In this document: one piece after another, positions 1 to 10,305 of the stretch
Numbering within the stretch: position 1 is the first letter of the stretch
Layout: every line of letters begins with the position of its first letter
Source of the DNA: Anaeromyxobacter sp.
GTDB taxonomy: Bacteria; Myxococcota; Myxococcia; Myxococcales; Anaeromyxobacteraceae
Length of the DNA stretch: 63,478 bases
NCBI GenBank assembly: GCA_035456445.1
Contig: DATIDF010000350.1
Location: forward strand, 1-63,478
Direction: 5' to 3'
Notes under the pieces: model-generated
Seen by the model: the letters and a program-made list of their open reading frames with translations, nothing else
Told to the model about the DNA's origin: nothing
Databases searched by the model: none
Translations under genes and position numbers: made by a program

Positions 1-261
1 CTCACCCAGGCGGCGAACGCGCTCGTGGACAAGGGCGCCGTCAAGGTCTACGCGTACGCGACGCACGCCGTCCTGTCCGGCCCGGCGGTCGAGCGGATCA
101 TGAAGAGCCCGATCGAGGAGGTCGTCGTCACCGACACGATCGCGCTCCGCCCGGAGGCGGCGGCGTGCCGGAAGATCAACGCGCTCTCGGTCGCCGCGCT
201 GCTCGCCGAGGCCGTCCGCCGGATCCACTCCGCGGACTCCCTCTCGAGCTTGTTCGTTTGA
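1..261 (+). CDS. prs: Ribose-phosphate pyrophosphokinase, 3' part (truncated by window edge)
   Basis: Frame open from base 1; C-terminal PRPP synthase motifs YAYATHAVLSGPA, VVVTDTI and SLSSLF; lies upstream of rplY-pth as usual. Confidence 0.95.
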   Translation, partial: LTQAANALVDKGAVKVYAYATHAVLSGPAVERIMKSPIEEVVVTDTIALRPEAAACRKINALSVAALLAEAVRRIHSADSLSSLFV

Positions 262-488
262 GCGGGGACCGCCCCGGCTGGCTGCAGCTGTTCCGGAATA
301 CCCGGCAGCGCCTCGCACGGCGGGCCAGAACCGCTTGACCTGTCCCCGGTTTTCGGGTAATCACCCGCGCTCCCGTGGCTCCCGGCAGGTCGGGGGCCCT
401 CACACCACCCAGGGCCGGCACGCTCATCCAGGCGGCCCCTCGCGCTCTGCTCCGACCGGAGCGGCCCGAGTCCATTGGGAGGACGAGA

Positions 489-1199
489 ATGGCCGACGTC
501 ATCGTCAACGCGCAGCGCCGCGAGGGTAGGGGCAAGGGTCCCGCCCGCCGGCTGCGCCAGCAGGGCCTCATTCCCGCGGTCGTCTACGGCCGCAAGCAGG
601 AGCCGACCCACCTCTCGGTGGATCCGTCCGGGCTCCTCAAGGCGATCGAGACCCCTCACAAGTTCAACACCCTCCTCACCCTGAAGTGGGACGGCGCCGA
701 GAAGCACGTCCTCTTCAAGGACTGGTCGGTCGATCCCGTCTCGCGCAAGCTCGAGCACGCCGACTTCCTCGAGGTGAGCCTCGAGGAGCCGGTGAAGGTC
801 GACGTCCCGGTCGTCACGACGGGCCGCTCCCCCGGCCAGGCCGAGGGCGGCATCCTCTCGCTCGCGACGCACGAGATCGTGCTCGAGGCGCTGCCGGCGA
901 AGATCCCGGTGCGGATCGAGGTCGACATCACGAACCTCAAGATCGGCCAGTCGATCCACGTCTCGCAGCTGACGCCGCCCGAGGGCTGCAAGTTCAAGTA
1001 CTCGTCGGACTACGTCGTCGCGTTCCTCGCCGTGCCCGAGAAGGAGGAGGTCGCCGCGCCGGTGGCCGCCGTCGCGGGCGCGACGCCGGCCGAGGGCGCT
1101 GCTCCCGCAGCGGCGGGTGCGCCTGCCGCGGGCGGGGCGGCTCCTGCTGCAGGCGCCGAGGCGAAGAAGGCCCCCGAGGCGAAGGGCGCGAAGAAGTAG
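489..1199 (+). CDS. rplY: 50S ribosomal protein L25/Ctc (long form, Ala-rich tail)
   Basis: [20 protein letters not shown] and GQSIHVSQL motifs; GGAGG SD before ATG 489. Confidence 0.95.
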   Translation: MADVIVNAQRREGRGKGPARRLRQQGLIPAVVYGRKQEPTHLSVDPSGLLKAIETPHKFNTLLTLKWDGAEKHVLFKDWSVDPVSRKLEHADFLEVSLEEPVKVDVPVVTTGRSPGQAEGGILSLATHEIVLEALPAKIPVRIEVDITNLKIGQSIHVSQLTPPEGCKFKYSSDYVVAFLAVPEKEEVAAPVAAVAGATPAEGAAPAAAGAPAAGGAAPAAGAEAKKAPEAKGAKK

Positions 1200-1207
1200 G
1201 GGCGCCC

Positions 1208-1786
1208 TTGAAGCTCGTCGTCGGCCTTGGGAACCCCGGCCCCGAGTACGCGCGCACGCGCCACAACGTCGGCTTTCTGGTTGCCGACCGGTTCGCGCGC
1301 GCCCTCCGGGCCGAGTTCACCACGAGGAAATTCGCCTCCGAGCTCGCGGAGGGGCGGGCCGGCGGCGAGCGAGTCTGGATCATGAAGCCGCAGAGCTACA
1401 TGAACCGCTCCGGCGAGGCCGTCGGGACCGCGCTCCACTTCTGGAAGCTCGGGGTCGAGGATCTCGTCGTGGTCCACGACGATCTGGAGCTCGAGCCGTT
1501 CCGGGTGCAGCTCAAGATCGGGGGCGGCCACGGCGGGCACAACGGCCTGAAGAGCCTGAACGCCCACGTGGGTGGCCCCGACTACGCGCGCGTGCGCGTC
1601 GGCGTGGGCCGGCCGCCGCCGCAGATGGATCCGGCCGACTACGTGCTCGGCCGGTTCGCGAAGGCCGACGACGCCGCGCTCGAGGAGTGCCTCGAGCGGG
1701 CGACGGAGGCGGTCCGGCTCGCGGTCGAGCTGGGCGCATCGAAGGCGATGAACCAGGTGAACCGCCGCGCGCGCGCGGCGGGATAG
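1208..1786 (+). CDS. pth: Peptidyl-tRNA hydrolase
   Basis: TTG start; [36 protein letters not shown] and GGHNGLKS motifs. Confidence 0.95.
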   Translation: MKLVVGLGNPGPEYARTRHNVGFLVADRFARALRAEFTTRKFASELAEGRAGGERVWIMKPQSYMNRSGEAVGTALHFWKLGVEDLVVVHDDLELEPFRVQLKIGGGHGGHNGLKSLNAHVGGPDYARVRVGVGRPPPQMDPADYVLGRFAKADDAALEECLERATEAVRLAVELGASKAMNQVNRRARAAG

Positions 1787-1842
1787 CAGCACTCCAGCAG
1801 CACCCCTCCGCCGGCATTGGGCCGGCGGGCGGAGACGGAGAC

Positions 1843-1889
1843 GACTCCTCGCGGCGGGCGAACCGCCGCTTTCAGACCCGAGGGGAGCG
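1843..1889 (+). promoter_or_regulatory. Putative S6:S18 autoregulatory leader
   Basis: CTCCTCG can pair with the SD-containing CGAGGGGAG, enclosing the hairpin GCGGCGG-gcgaa-CCGCCGC and an AGACCCG loop, directly before rpsF; resembles the known rpsF leader layout. Confidence 0.45.
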
Positions 1890-1891
1890 AC

Positions 1892-2344
1892 ATGGCGGAG
1901 ACGAGGAAGCTCGTACGCGAGTACGAGACCATCTACCTGCTCAAGGCGGAGACGCCGGACGACCAGGTGGAGGAGATCAAGGAGCGCCTGCGCGGCGTGG
2001 TCTCGCGCGAGGGCGGCAAGGTCATCCGGTTCACCAACCAGGGCAAGCGGAAGACCGCGTTCCCGGTCGGGAAGAACCCGAAGGCGCTCTACATGCACTG
2101 CCTGTACATCGGCCAGCCCGGCCTCGTACAGGAGCTCGAGCGCAACCTGAAGATGATCGACGTGGTCTCGAAGTTCCAGTCGGTGCGGCTCGCCGACGGC
2201 GTGGACTTCGACGCCCGCCAGGTCGAGCCCGACGTGAAGGTCCAGGCGGTCGAGGACGAGCAGAAGCCGCGCGAGGAGCGCGGTGAGTTCGTGCCCGGCG
2301 AGGAGCCGTTCGAGGCCGACGCGGCCGAGACGGCGGAGGAATAG
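1892..2344 (+). CDS. rpsF: 30S ribosomal protein S6 with acidic C-terminal tail
   Basis: REYETIYLLK, GKRKTAFPV and ELERNLK motifs; position in rpsF-rpsR-rplI. Confidence 0.93.
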   Translation: MAETRKLVREYETIYLLKAETPDDQVEEIKERLRGVVSREGGKVIRFTNQGKRKTAFPVGKNPKALYMHCLYIGQPGLVQELERNLKMIDVVSKFQSVRLADGVDFDARQVEPDVKVQAVEDEQKPREERGEFVPGEEPFEADAAETAEE

Positions 2345-2347
2345 GCC

Positions 2348-2752
2348 ATGGCGCGTCCTGACATGGGTGGTCCCAAGGTCGGTGGTGGTTTCGGCGGCCC
2401 GCGGAGCGGCGGCTTCGGCGGCGGCGGTGGTGGCGGCGGCGGCGGGTACGGCTCGCGCGGCGGCGACCGCGGCGACCGGGGTGAGCGCGGCGATCGCGAC
2501 GACCGGGGCGGCGACGAGGGCGGCGGACGGCGCGGCTTCGGCCGGCGCAAGGTCTGCCGGTTCTGCGCCGACAAGGCGCTGAAGGTCGACTACAAGGACC
2601 AGTCGCAGATGAAGTACTTCCTCACCGAGCGCGGCAAGATCATCCCGCGCCGGATCAGCGGCAACTGCGCGAAGCACCAGCGCGACGTGGCCACCGCCGT
2701 GAAGCGCGGCCGCATGCTCGCGATCCTGCCCTACACCGTGGGCGGGATGTAA
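2348..2752 (+). CDS. rpsR: 30S ribosomal protein S18 (Zn-binding type) with Gly/Arg-rich N-terminal extension
   Basis: RRKVCRFC...VDYKD...[20 protein letters not shown]. Confidence 0.95.
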   Translation: MARPDMGGPKVGGGFGGPRSGGFGGGGGGGGGGYGSRGGDRGDRGERGDRDDRGGDEGGGRRGFGRRKVCRFCADKALKVDYKDQSQMKYFLTERGKIIPRRISGNCAKHQRDVATAVKRGRMLAILPYTVGGM

Positions 2753-2762
2753 GGAGCCGGCG

Positions 2763-3212
2763 ATGAAGCTCATCCTCCGAGAAGACGTCGAGAACCTGGG
2801 GAAGGGCGGCGAGCTCGTGGACGTGAAGCCCGGCTACGGGCGGAACTTCCTGCTCCCGCGCGGCCTCGCGGTCCTCGCGAACCCGAAGAACGTCCGCGAG
2901 CTCGAGCACCAGAAGTCCATCGCGACGGCCAAGGCCGCCAAGATGAAGGCGAGCGCGCAGGCCGTGGCGAAGCGGCTCGCCGAGACGCCGATCACCCTCT
3001 CCCGCAAGGTCGGCGAGCAGGACAAGCTCTACGGCTCCGTCACCGCGATGGACGTCGCCGAGGCGCTCGCCGCGCGCGGCCTGCAGATCGATCGCCGCGC
3101 GATCGACCTCGCCGAGCCGATCAAGACCACGGGCGACTTCGAGGTCCCCGTGAAGCTGCACAGCGAGGTCGTCGGCAAGGCCAAGCTGAAGGTCGAGGCC
3201 GAGCCGGCCTAG
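2763..3212 (+). CDS. rplI: 50S ribosomal protein L9
   Basis: [32 protein letters not shown]; KLYGSVT; PIKTTG. Confidence 0.97.
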   Translation: MKLILREDVENLGKGGELVDVKPGYGRNFLLPRGLAVLANPKNVRELEHQKSIATAKAAKMKASAQAVAKRLAETPITLSRKVGEQDKLYGSVTAMDVAEALAARGLQIDRRAIDLAEPIKTTGDFEVPVKLHSEVVGKAKLKVEAEPA

Positions 3213-3235
3213 CCGAAGCACGCGTCACGCATCTC

Positions 3236-3267
3236 GAGAGGGCCGGTCCCCCGGGGCCGGCCCTCTC
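3236..3267 (+). terminator. GC-rich hairpin after rplI, probable terminator
   Basis: GAGAGGGCCGG / CCGGCCCTCTC inverted repeat between convergent genes; weak U-tract. Confidence 0.55.
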
Positions 3268-3327
3268 CGTTCGTCTGCGAACCGCGAACCCGCCACGCGC
3301 GGGGACGTCGGCGACAGCCTTCGCTCG

Positions 3328-5136
3328 CTAGGGGCACAGCGGCATGCCGGCCGCGAGCGCATCTCCGCCGGCGAGCGCGGCGCCGCGCGCTTGGGCGGCG
3401 GCGGCGTCCGGCCCGCCCGCCGCGGCCACGGCGCGCCAGGCATCCACCGCGCGCGACCGGAGCGCGGGGTCGTCCGGCGACGCGCGGGAGAGCTCCTCGG
3501 CCGCGCGCGCGGCGAGGACCCGGGCCGCCGCGGCGCGCTCCGGCGCCGGCGCTGGCACCCGGGCGAGGAACGCCTCCGCCCGCGCCCAGATCTCCTCCGC
3601 GCTGCAGGGCGCCGCGAGCGCGATCGCGCCCAGGGCCTCCTCCTCGCCGCGCGTCCCCGCTCCTGGGGCTTCTTGCTCGAGCGCGGCCGCGCCGACGCCG
3701 TCCGCGAGCGGATCGCGCTCCGGCGTACGCGAGAGGTCGCCGGCCTCCTCGTTCACCTGCGCCTCTGCAGGCCGCACCTCGGACCGAGAATCGCCCTCCG
3801 GCCCCTCGACTCGTGCCGGGTCGCCGCCGGCGCCGCCCGAAAGTCGGTTCGCATCGCCCGGAGGATGCGGCACCGGCGCGCCCCCGTCGGCGCGGATTGC
3901 CGGCTGGAGCACCCGAGGCAGCGCCGCCGCGAGCGCGGGTGCCCGCGCGGCGAGGAGCCCGTGCGCGACGTCCCAGCGCCAGGCGAGCGCGGCGCCGGCG
4001 GCCACGAGCGCAGCGAGCACGAGCGGCGCGGCGCGTCCGGGGAGCGCGCGGACCTGCTTGCCGAGCGCGGCGAAGTCCGCGCGGCTCGCGAGGCCCGCAT
4101 CGCCGGCGCGCTCCACGGCGGCTCTGGACGGTCGCGCGCGACGCCCACCGGGGGCGGCCGTCGCGAGGAGCGCCTCGCGCATGGCGTCGGCGCTCCGGAA
4201 GCGGTCGACAGGGCGCTTCGCGAGCGCGCGGTGCACGACGTCGGCGAATGCGCGCGAGACGCCCGGCGCCACGGACGGGAGCGGCGGCGGCTCCTGCGAC
4301 AGGTGCGCGGAGACGACCGCCATCGGGCTCGGCGCGACGAACGGCGGCCGGCCCGCGACGAGCTCGTAGAGCACGCACCCGAGCGCGTAGAGATCGGCAC
4401 GGCCGTCCACTGCGGCGCCGCGCGCTTGCTCGGGCGCGAGGTACGCCGGGGTTCCCACGATGGCGTCCGCACCGCCGCCCGCGACCTCGTCGCGCAGCGC
4501 CGCGATCCCGAAGTCCAGGACCTTCACGAAGTCCTCGCCCGTGCGCGTCCGCATGAGCATCAGGTTCCCGGGCTTCACGTCCCGGTGGATGACGCCGGCC
4601 TCGTGCGCCTCGGCGAGCGAGCCGAGGATCTGCTGTCCCAGCACGCGGGCTCGCGCCTCGGGGAGCGCCCCCTGCGCGCGCAGCGCGGCGGCGAGGTCCT
4701 CCCCGGGCACGTACTCCATCGCGAGGTAGAGCCCGCCGCGCGGTCCCACCTCGCCGAAGTCGAACACCGCGATGGAGTGGGGGTGCGACAGGCGCGACAC
4801 GGCGCACGCCTCGGCGAGGAACCGCTCCGCCGCGGCCGGCTCGCGTGCGAAGTCCTCCCGCAGGAGCTTCAGCGCGAGCGCCTTCCCCATGCGGATGTGC
4901 TCGGCCCTGTAGACGCGGCCCATGCCGCCCTCGCCGAGGAGCTCGAGCAGACGGTACCGGTCCGCGATGACGCCGTCGCGCTCGCGACCGCCGCGACGGC
5001 GCGCGCCTCGCGCGCCCGGAGCCTGGGACGCCCCGCACGCGGGGCAGAAGTTCACCGCCCCGCGCGACGGATCGACGAGCTGCCCGCAGCGGACGCAGGC
5101 CAGGGAGGGCTCCGGAGCGGGCTTGCGACGCGCCAT
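3328..5136 (-). CDS. Hanks-type Ser/Thr protein kinase with N-terminal zinc ribbon and TM segment
   Basis: CVRC...CPAC; LGEGGMGRVY, ALK, HRDVKPGN, DFG and GTPAYLAPE motifs; hydrophobic stretch after the kinase domain. Confidence 0.9.
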   Translation of the reverse strand: MARRKPAPEPSLACVRCGQLVDPSRGAVNFCPACGASQAPGARGARRRGGRERDGVIADRYRLLELLGEGGMGRVYRAEHIRMGKALALKLLREDFAREPAAAERFLAEACAVSRLSHPHSIAVFDFGEVGPRGGLYLAMEYVPGEDLAAALRAQGALPEARARVLGQQILGSLAEAHEAGVIHRDVKPGNLMLMRTRTGEDFVKVLDFGIAALRDEVAGGGADAIVGTPAYLAPEQARGAAVDGRADLYALGCVLYELVAGRPPFVAPSPMAVVSAHLSQEPPPLPSVAPGVSRAFADVVHRALAKRPVDRFRSADAMREALLATAAPGGRRARPSRAAVERAGDAGLASRADFAALGKQVRALPGRAAPLVLAALVAAGAALAWRWDVAHGLLAARAPALAAALPRVLQPAIRADGGAPVPHPPGDANRLSGGAGGDPARVEGPEGDSRSEVRPAEAQVNEEAGDLSRTPERDPLADGVGAAALEQEAPGAGTRGEEEALGAIALAAPCSAEEIWARAEAFLARVPAPAPERAAAARVLAARAAEELSRASPDDPALRSRAVDAWRAVAAAGGPDAAAAQARGAALAGGDALAAGMPLCP

Positions 5137-5238
5137 TCGCGCGCGGAGCGTAGCGCGCGAGGGCGCCCCCGGCAAAGCTCGGCGCGCCCTTCCGCGGCGA
5201 GCGCACCCGGGCGCTCGCGCGCCTGCGACCGCCGAGGC

Positions 5239-6324
5239 TCACCCGCCCGGATCCGAAAACCGGCCGCCGCCCGTCACCCCGGCCGCGGCCCGCTGCCACA
5301 GCCGGAACGCCGTCGGCGACAGGGTTAGCAGCACGACCAGCCGGAGCACGTGGAACGCGGTGACGAGCGGCACGCCGAGCCTCAGGGTACGGGCCGTGAG
5401 GCACATCTCGGCGATGCCGCCCGGCGCCGTGGCCAGGAGGAGCGTCCAGATCGAGTGGCCGGAGATCGCGGCCAGCGCGGCGGCGAAGAGCGCGAGCAGG
5501 ACGACGCCCTGCGCGGTCGCGAGGACGATGGCGCGCAGGAGGGCGCCCGCGCCCCGGAAGCTCTCCTGCGCGAACCGGCTCCCCAGGGCGCAGCCCATGA
5601 GCACCTGGGCTGCGTCGACGAGCCCGCGCGGGATCGCGCTCGCGCCGAGCCCGCCCGCGGTCAGCGCCGCGCTCCCGGCGAGGGGGCCGAGCAGCCACGC
5701 GTTCGGGAGACGGAGGAGGTGCGCCACGAGGCCGGCGGCGCCGCTCCAGGCGGCGAGGCGCGCGAGCCCGGGCGCGCTCGCGTCGAGCGCCGCCGGCGCC
5801 CACGCGTCGGCGCCGTGCGCGCCGGCGAGGGTGAGGGCGAGCGGCACGACCGTCACCACGGCGAGCACGCGGAGCGCCTGCGCCACGGCGATCACCGAGG
5901 GGTCCCCGCCCGCGCGATCTCCGAGGACCGCCATCTCCGCCGCACCGCCCGGCATGCATGCGAAGAAGGCCGTCGCGCGGGAGAGGCCGGCGCGCCGCGC
6001 GAGGAGGCGCGCGCCCGCGGCGCCCACGGCCAGGGTGGCGACGCAGCCCGCGAGCATCCACGGCAGCTCGCCCGCCACGGCGACGAGCACCTCGCGCGTG
6101 AAGTAGAGGCCGAGCGCGCCCCCGATGATGGCCTGCCCGGCCTGCCGGGACGCGGGGAGCATGGGCCGCGGCGCGCCGGCGAGGCTCGCGGCCCCCGTGG
6201 CGAAGAGCGACCCGAGGAGCCAGGGGAGCGGCACGTGGAGCGCGCGCGCCGCGAGCCCGCCCGCCGCCCCGATCGCGTAGGTGGCGAGGAGCGCGACGGC
6301 GCTGCGCACGCGCGGGGGCGTCAT
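5239..6324 (-). CDS. AbrB-family (AidB-regulator / putative ammonia monooxygenase) duplicated membrane protein
   Basis: Two repeats: PLPWLLGS...PGGAAEM and LPNAWLLGP...APGGIAEM; FHVLRL; start overlaps the DUF475 stop (ATGA). Confidence 0.85.
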   Translation of the reverse strand: MTPPRVRSAVALLATYAIGAAGGLAARALHVPLPWLLGSLFATGAASLAGAPRPMLPASRQAGQAIIGGALGLYFTREVLVAVAGELPWMLAGCVATLAVGAAGARLLARRAGLSRATAFFACMPGGAAEMAVLGDRAGGDPSVIAVAQALRVLAVVTVVPLALTLAGAHGADAWAPAALDASAPGLARLAAWSGAAGLVAHLLRLPNAWLLGPLAGSAALTAGGLGASAIPRGLVDAAQVLMGCALGSRFAQESFRGAGALLRAIVLATAQGVVLLALFAAALAAISGHSIWTLLLATAPGGIAEMCLTARTLRLGVPLVTAFHVLRLVVLLTLSPTAFRLWQRAAAGVTGGGRFSDPGG

Positions 6325-7400
6325 TCCGCGGCCGCGGGCCCGGCGCTCGGCGCGAGCTCGGGCGCTTGCGACTCCCTCGCGCGGTGCCGGGCCGACGACC
6401 AGAGCGAGAGCCCGATCAGGACCGCGCCGACGAGGCCCGTCGCCGCTTCCGGCACGTGCACGACGGTCCCGACGAGCATCAGGATTGCGAGCGCGCCGAT
6501 GGCCCAGAAGGCGCCGTGCTCGAGGTAGCGGTACGAGCCGAGCGTCCCGCGGTCCACGAGCAGGACCGTGAGGCTCCGGACGAACATCGCGCCGATGCCG
6601 AGACCGATGGCGATGACGAACAGCTCGTTCGTGAGGGCGAAGGCGCCGATCACGCCGTCGAAGCTGAAGCTCGCGTCGAGCACCTCGAGGTAGAGGAAGC
6701 TCGCCGCGCTCGCCCGGTGCACGTCGCGCATCCGCTCCGGCCCGGCCTCCATGGCCGCCCCGATCCCGTCCACCGCGATGAACGTGACGAGGCCGAGGAT
6801 CCCGGCCGCGAGGAACCCGTGGCCCTCGTGCGCGGGCACGAGCTTCGAGAAGCCCCACAGCCCGACCATCACGAGGGCGAGCTCGACCGCCTCGATCTTC
6901 CCGAGGCGCGCGAGGCGGCGCTCCACGGCCGCGAGCCAGTGGACGTCCTTCTCGGCGTCGAGGAAGAACTTGAGGCACACCATCCCGAGGAAGGCGCCGC
7001 CGAAGGCGCCGAGCATCGCGTGCGCGCTGCCGAGGATGCGCGCGTACTCGGCGGGCTCGAGGACGGCGAGCCGGAGCGCCTCCAGCGGGCCGATCCAGGC
7101 CACCGCGCTCACGACGAGGAGCGGGAAGACGATCCGCATGCCGAAGACCGCGATGGCAATGCCCCAGGTGAGGAAGCGCCGGCGCCAGACCGGCGTCATG
7201 TCCTTCAGCACCGTCGCGTTCACCACGGCGTTGTCGAAGGAGATCGAGGTCTCGAGGACGCCGAGGACCGCGATGACGAACAGCGTGCTCGCGACGCCGG
7301 CGGCCGTGCCGTGGCTGCGCCAGCCGACGAGCGCACCGAGGGCGAGGCCCGCGGCGGTGAAGAGGAAGGACCCCCGGAAGTACGCGAGCGTTCGGCGCAT
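6321..7400 (-). CDS. DUF475 / TerC-like integral membrane protein
   Basis: LETSISFDNAVVNA, FLYLEVLDASFSFDGVIGAFA and YLEHGAFWAIG motifs. Confidence 0.88.
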   Translation of the reverse strand: MRRTLAYFRGSFLFTAAGLALGALVGWRSHGTAAGVASTLFVIAVLGVLETSISFDNAVVNATVLKDMTPVWRRRFLTWGIAIAVFGMRIVFPLLVVSAVAWIGPLEALRLAVLEPAEYARILGSAHAMLGAFGGAFLGMVCLKFFLDAEKDVHWLAAVERRLARLGKIEAVELALVMVGLWGFSKLVPAHEGHGFLAAGILGLVTFIAVDGIGAAMEAGPERMRDVHRASAASFLYLEVLDASFSFDGVIGAFALTNELFVIAIGLGIGAMFVRSLTVLLVDRGTLGSYRYLEHGAFWAIGALAILMLVGTVVHVPEAATGLVGAVLIGLSLWSSARHRARESQAPELAPSAGPAAAE

Positions 7401-7425
7401 GGACAAACCTCTCGGCTCAACCCGG

Positions 7426-7461
7426 GACCCCGGGGCGGGCGGCCCGCACCGCCCCGGGGTC
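7426..7461. other. Strong stem-loop upstream of the DUF475 gene
   Basis: GACCCCGGGGCGG / CCGCCCCGGGGTC 13-bp perfect inverted repeat. Confidence 0.6.
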
Positions 7462-7569
7462 TCGGTCCCCGCGCGCAAGCAAGTCGAGCTCTCGCGAGCG
7501 TCGGAAGGGTTCGCGCCTCGACGACGGGACGGGCGCGTCCTGCTCGAGGCAGACGACGATCGCCTCGCG

Positions 7570-8781
7570 TCAGTAGTCCAGGTACACGCCGACGACGAAG
7601 GAATCGATCGTGTCCTGCGACGGCGACAGCGCGACGTCGGGCTCGAAGCGCTCGAAGCCGGCGACGAGCTTGGCGTCGTGCCCCTTGAGGTAGTAGTTGA
7701 GGCCGGCGCGGTACGCCTTGTAGCTCCCCCTGTCGTCGGCGGCGTCGCTCGTCCACTGCTCGTAGTTGACCCACGGCTGGAGGCGCTTCACGTAGTAGCC
7801 GGCCTGCGCGAAGTACCCGTCGCCCTGCGAGCGGGAGGCGTTGCCGAGCGTCGTGCCGCCGGCCGTGACGAGCGTCTCGCCACCGCCCAGGTCGAGGTTC
7901 ACGTACCCGGCCTCCGCAGTCAGCGAGCCGAGGGGCAGCGGGATCTCGGCGAAGGCGTCGACGGAGAACAGCTCGTAGTCCACCTTGCTCCCGGTGACCT
8001 GGTCGAGCGTGACGCTGTCCTGCCTGTCGTAGGAGCCGCCGATCCCGAGCGTCCGCTTCTCCCCGAGGTACGTGCCGTCGTTGTAGTAGCCAGACTCGGG
8101 ATCGAGGAGGTTCACCTGCGCACGGGCGGTGAAGCGCAGGGAGTCGTCGCCCGCAGCCTGCACGCCATCGTAGGCCCCCAGGTAGTACTTGAGGTGGACC
8201 TTGGACGTGAAGGAGTGGTTGCCGAGCAGCGTGGCTCCCAGATCGCGGACGGGCACCCGGGCCTGGGTGTTCAGCCTGGCGTTCGAGTCACCGAAGGTCG
8301 TGTTCGTGAACGCGTACTTGGCGCGGCCTCCCCAGGTCAGGGACTTGTAGGCGAGCCCCGGGCGATCGAGGGCCATGAAAGCGCCGGAGCTGGTGACGTT
8401 CTGGCGCATCGCCGGCGACATGTTCTCGCCGAAGTAGAGCCAGGCGAGCTTGTGGGGCTTGAGCAGGACGTAGGCGTCGATGATGCGCATGTCCGCGGAC
8501 GTCCCTCCCAGCTCCTCCAGGTCGGCCTGGATGTACGCGGTGGCCCACGTGCCGTAGTTCCCGCGAAACTTGACGCGCGCGCGCCGGACGGAGAAGTCGT
8601 TCTGGCTCTCGAAGGTGCCGTCGGCGCCGCGGTCGGTCTCGGTGGAGATGAACTGGGACTGCAGTCTCAGGCCGAGCTCGAACGACGTCTGGTCGTCGAT
8701 CTTCACCTTGGCGCCTGCGTGGGCGGTCATCGGCACTGCCAGTGCAGCTGAAAGCGCGAGGGCGAGGCACCTCGGGTTCAT
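7570..8781 (-). CDS. Outer-membrane porin (OprO/P-like, possibly ExtI-like beta-barrel)
   Basis: Signal peptide (AHA); FSVRRARVKFRG and IIDAYV motifs; alternating beta strands; aromatic C-terminus (VYLDY). Confidence 0.8.
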   Translation of the reverse strand: MNPRCLALALSAALAVPMTAHAGAKVKIDDQTSFELGLRLQSQFISTETDRGADGTFESQNDFSVRRARVKFRGNYGTWATAYIQADLEELGGTSADMRIIDAYVLLKPHKLAWLYFGENMSPAMRQNVTSSGAFMALDRPGLAYKSLTWGGRAKYAFTNTTFGDSNARLNTQARVPVRDLGATLLGNHSFTSKVHLKYYLGAYDGVQAAGDDSLRFTARAQVNLLDPESGYYNDGTYLGEKRTLGIGGSYDRQDSVTLDQVTGSKVDYELFSVDAFAEIPLPLGSLTAEAGYVNLDLGGGETLVTAGGTTLGNASRSQGDGYFAQAGYYVKRLQPWVNYEQWTSDAADDRGSYKAYRAGLNYYLKGHDAKLVAGFERFEPDVALSPSQDTIDSFVVGVYLDY

Positions 8782-8828
8782 GTGGCTCTCCTTCCCAGGT
8801 CGGCTGGGCGGTCGGGAATACAGAGCGC

Positions 8829-8862
8829 ACGCTAGCGGATCGAAACTTTCACAAAGCTGTCG
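8829..8862 (-). promoter_or_regulatory. Porin promoter: direct-repeat box CGACAG-N5-TGAAAG, then 11 nt, then TAGCGT (-10)
   Basis: Same geometry as the tctC upstream region; 11-bp period typical of OmpR/PhoB-family sites. Confidence 0.6.
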
Positions 8863-8898
8863 CGCGCTCCGCGGGGCCGCGGCGCTTGCCGCCGCACG

Positions 8899-10305
8899 TC
8901 ACGTGCGCGCGAGGGCGGCGGCGTCAGCGGCGGCTTCGGGGAAGCGCAGCTCGACGCGCAACCCCCGGCCTTCCGCGCCTTCGAGCAGCTGCACGCGCGC
9001 GCCGTGTCCCTCGGCGATCTGCTTCACGATCGCGAGGCCGAGCCCAGCGCCCGGGCCGCGCGTGCCGGGGCGCCGATAGAAGCGCTCGAACACCCGGGCC
9101 CGCTCGGCCTCGGGAATGCCGGGGCCGTCGTCCTCCACCGCGAGCACGATCTCGCCGTCGCACCGGGAGACGCTCACGGTGACGACACCCGGCCGCGCCC
9201 CGTACGCCACCGCGTTCTGGACGAGGTTCGCGAGCGCCTCGCGGATGAGGTGGTCCCGCCCGACCACGAGCGCGGGGCCTTCCCCCGCAAATCCGAGGTC
9301 GACGCCGCGCGCGAGCGCGTCCGGGACGAGCGCCGCGCAGGCGTCCCGGGCGACGGCGTGCAGATCGAGGACGCGGGTCTCCCCGGCCTGCTCCGGATCC
9401 GTGCGCGCGAACGAGAGGAGCTGGGTCGCGAGGTGCGTGGTCGCCTTCGAGTGCTCGAACAGATCGGCGAGGGCGCTCACCACCGCGGAGGGATCCTCCT
9501 CGCGCAGCGCGAGCTCGGCCTTGGTCTGGACGACGGCGAGCGGCGTGCGGAGCTGGTGCGAGGCGTCGGCGATGAACCTCCGCTGGGCGGCGATGGTCTT
9601 GCGCAGCCGCGCCATGAGCTCGTTCACCGCGAACACCAGGGGCGACACCTCGTCGGGGACGTCTTGCGGCGCGATGGGCGTGAGGTCCACGGCGGAGCGG
9701 TGCGCCACGTCGCTGCTCACGCGGGTGAGGGGCCGGAGGCCGCGCGTCACCCCGAGCCACACGATCCCTGCCGCGAGCACGATCAAGAGGAGCTGCGAGA
9801 CGAGCTCGCGCGCGACGAGCTCCTGGGTGCGGCCGCCGCGCCCGCCCACGGTCTCGGCGACCTGCACGACGACCGTGACCGGCGGCTCCGTCGGGAACGC
9901 CGTCCTGAGCGCCGAGACCCGCACCTCGTCGCCGTGATAGCGCTGATCGTAAAAGACCGGGGCGTCCGCCGGCTCCCTCTCCGGTCCGGGCAGGTCGGCG
10001 TAGCCGGTGAGGAAGACGTCGTCACCGTCGCCCACGCGGTACGCCACCCGGTAGAAGAGCCGCTCCTGCGAGGCGGTGTCGAGCACCTCCAGCGCGACGG
10101 GCGGGATGTCCACGACGGGCGTCGTCCCCGAGAGCGTCACGCGCTCCGAGATCGCGAGCGCGGACGCGTAGAGGGAGCGATCGTAGGCGGCGTTGATCGC
10201 GCTGCGGACCGTGAGGAACGTGTGGACCGCGTCGAGCGCCCAGAGGACGCCGAGCGGGACGAGCAGGTACCAGAGCAGCTGCTCCCGGAGCGTCCTGCCG
10301 CTCAT
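8899..10305 (-). CDS. TctE-like sensor histidine kinase
   Basis: AYDRSL periplasmic N-terminal sensor, HAMP, FIADASHQLRTPL H-box, N/G1/F/G2 boxes; next to tctCBA. Confidence 0.88.
   Translation of the reverse strand: MSGRTLREQLLWYLLVPLGVLWALDAVHTFLTVRSAINAAYDRSLYASALAISERVTLSGTTPVVDIPPVALEVLDTASQERLFYRVAYRVGDGDDVFLTGYADLPGPEREPADAPVFYDQRYHGDEVRVSALRTAFPTEPPVTVVVQVAETVGGRGGRTQELVARELVSQLLLIVLAAGIVWLGVTRGLRPLTRVSSDVAHRSAVDLTPIAPQDVPDEVSPLVFAVNELMARLRKTIAAQRRFIADASHQLRTPLAVVQTKAELALREEDPSAVVSALADLFEHSKATTHLATQLLSFARTDPEQAGETRVLDLHAVARDACAALVPDALARGVDLGFAGEGPALVVGRDHLIREALANLVQNAVAYGARPGVVTVSVSRCDGEIVLAVEDDGPGIPEAERARVFERFYRRPGTRGPGAGLGLAIVKQIAEGHGARVQLLEGAEGRGLRVELRFPEAAADAAALART

Noticed and set aside
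335-363. rplY promoter TTGACC...GGTAATCA
   Set aside because: Good -35, but the -10 match and spacing are ambiguous, so it was not called
7401-7569. yybP-ykoY (Mn) riboswitch upstream of the TerC-like gene
   Set aside because: Only a GC-rich hairpin is seen; the conserved riboswitch sequence elements were not found
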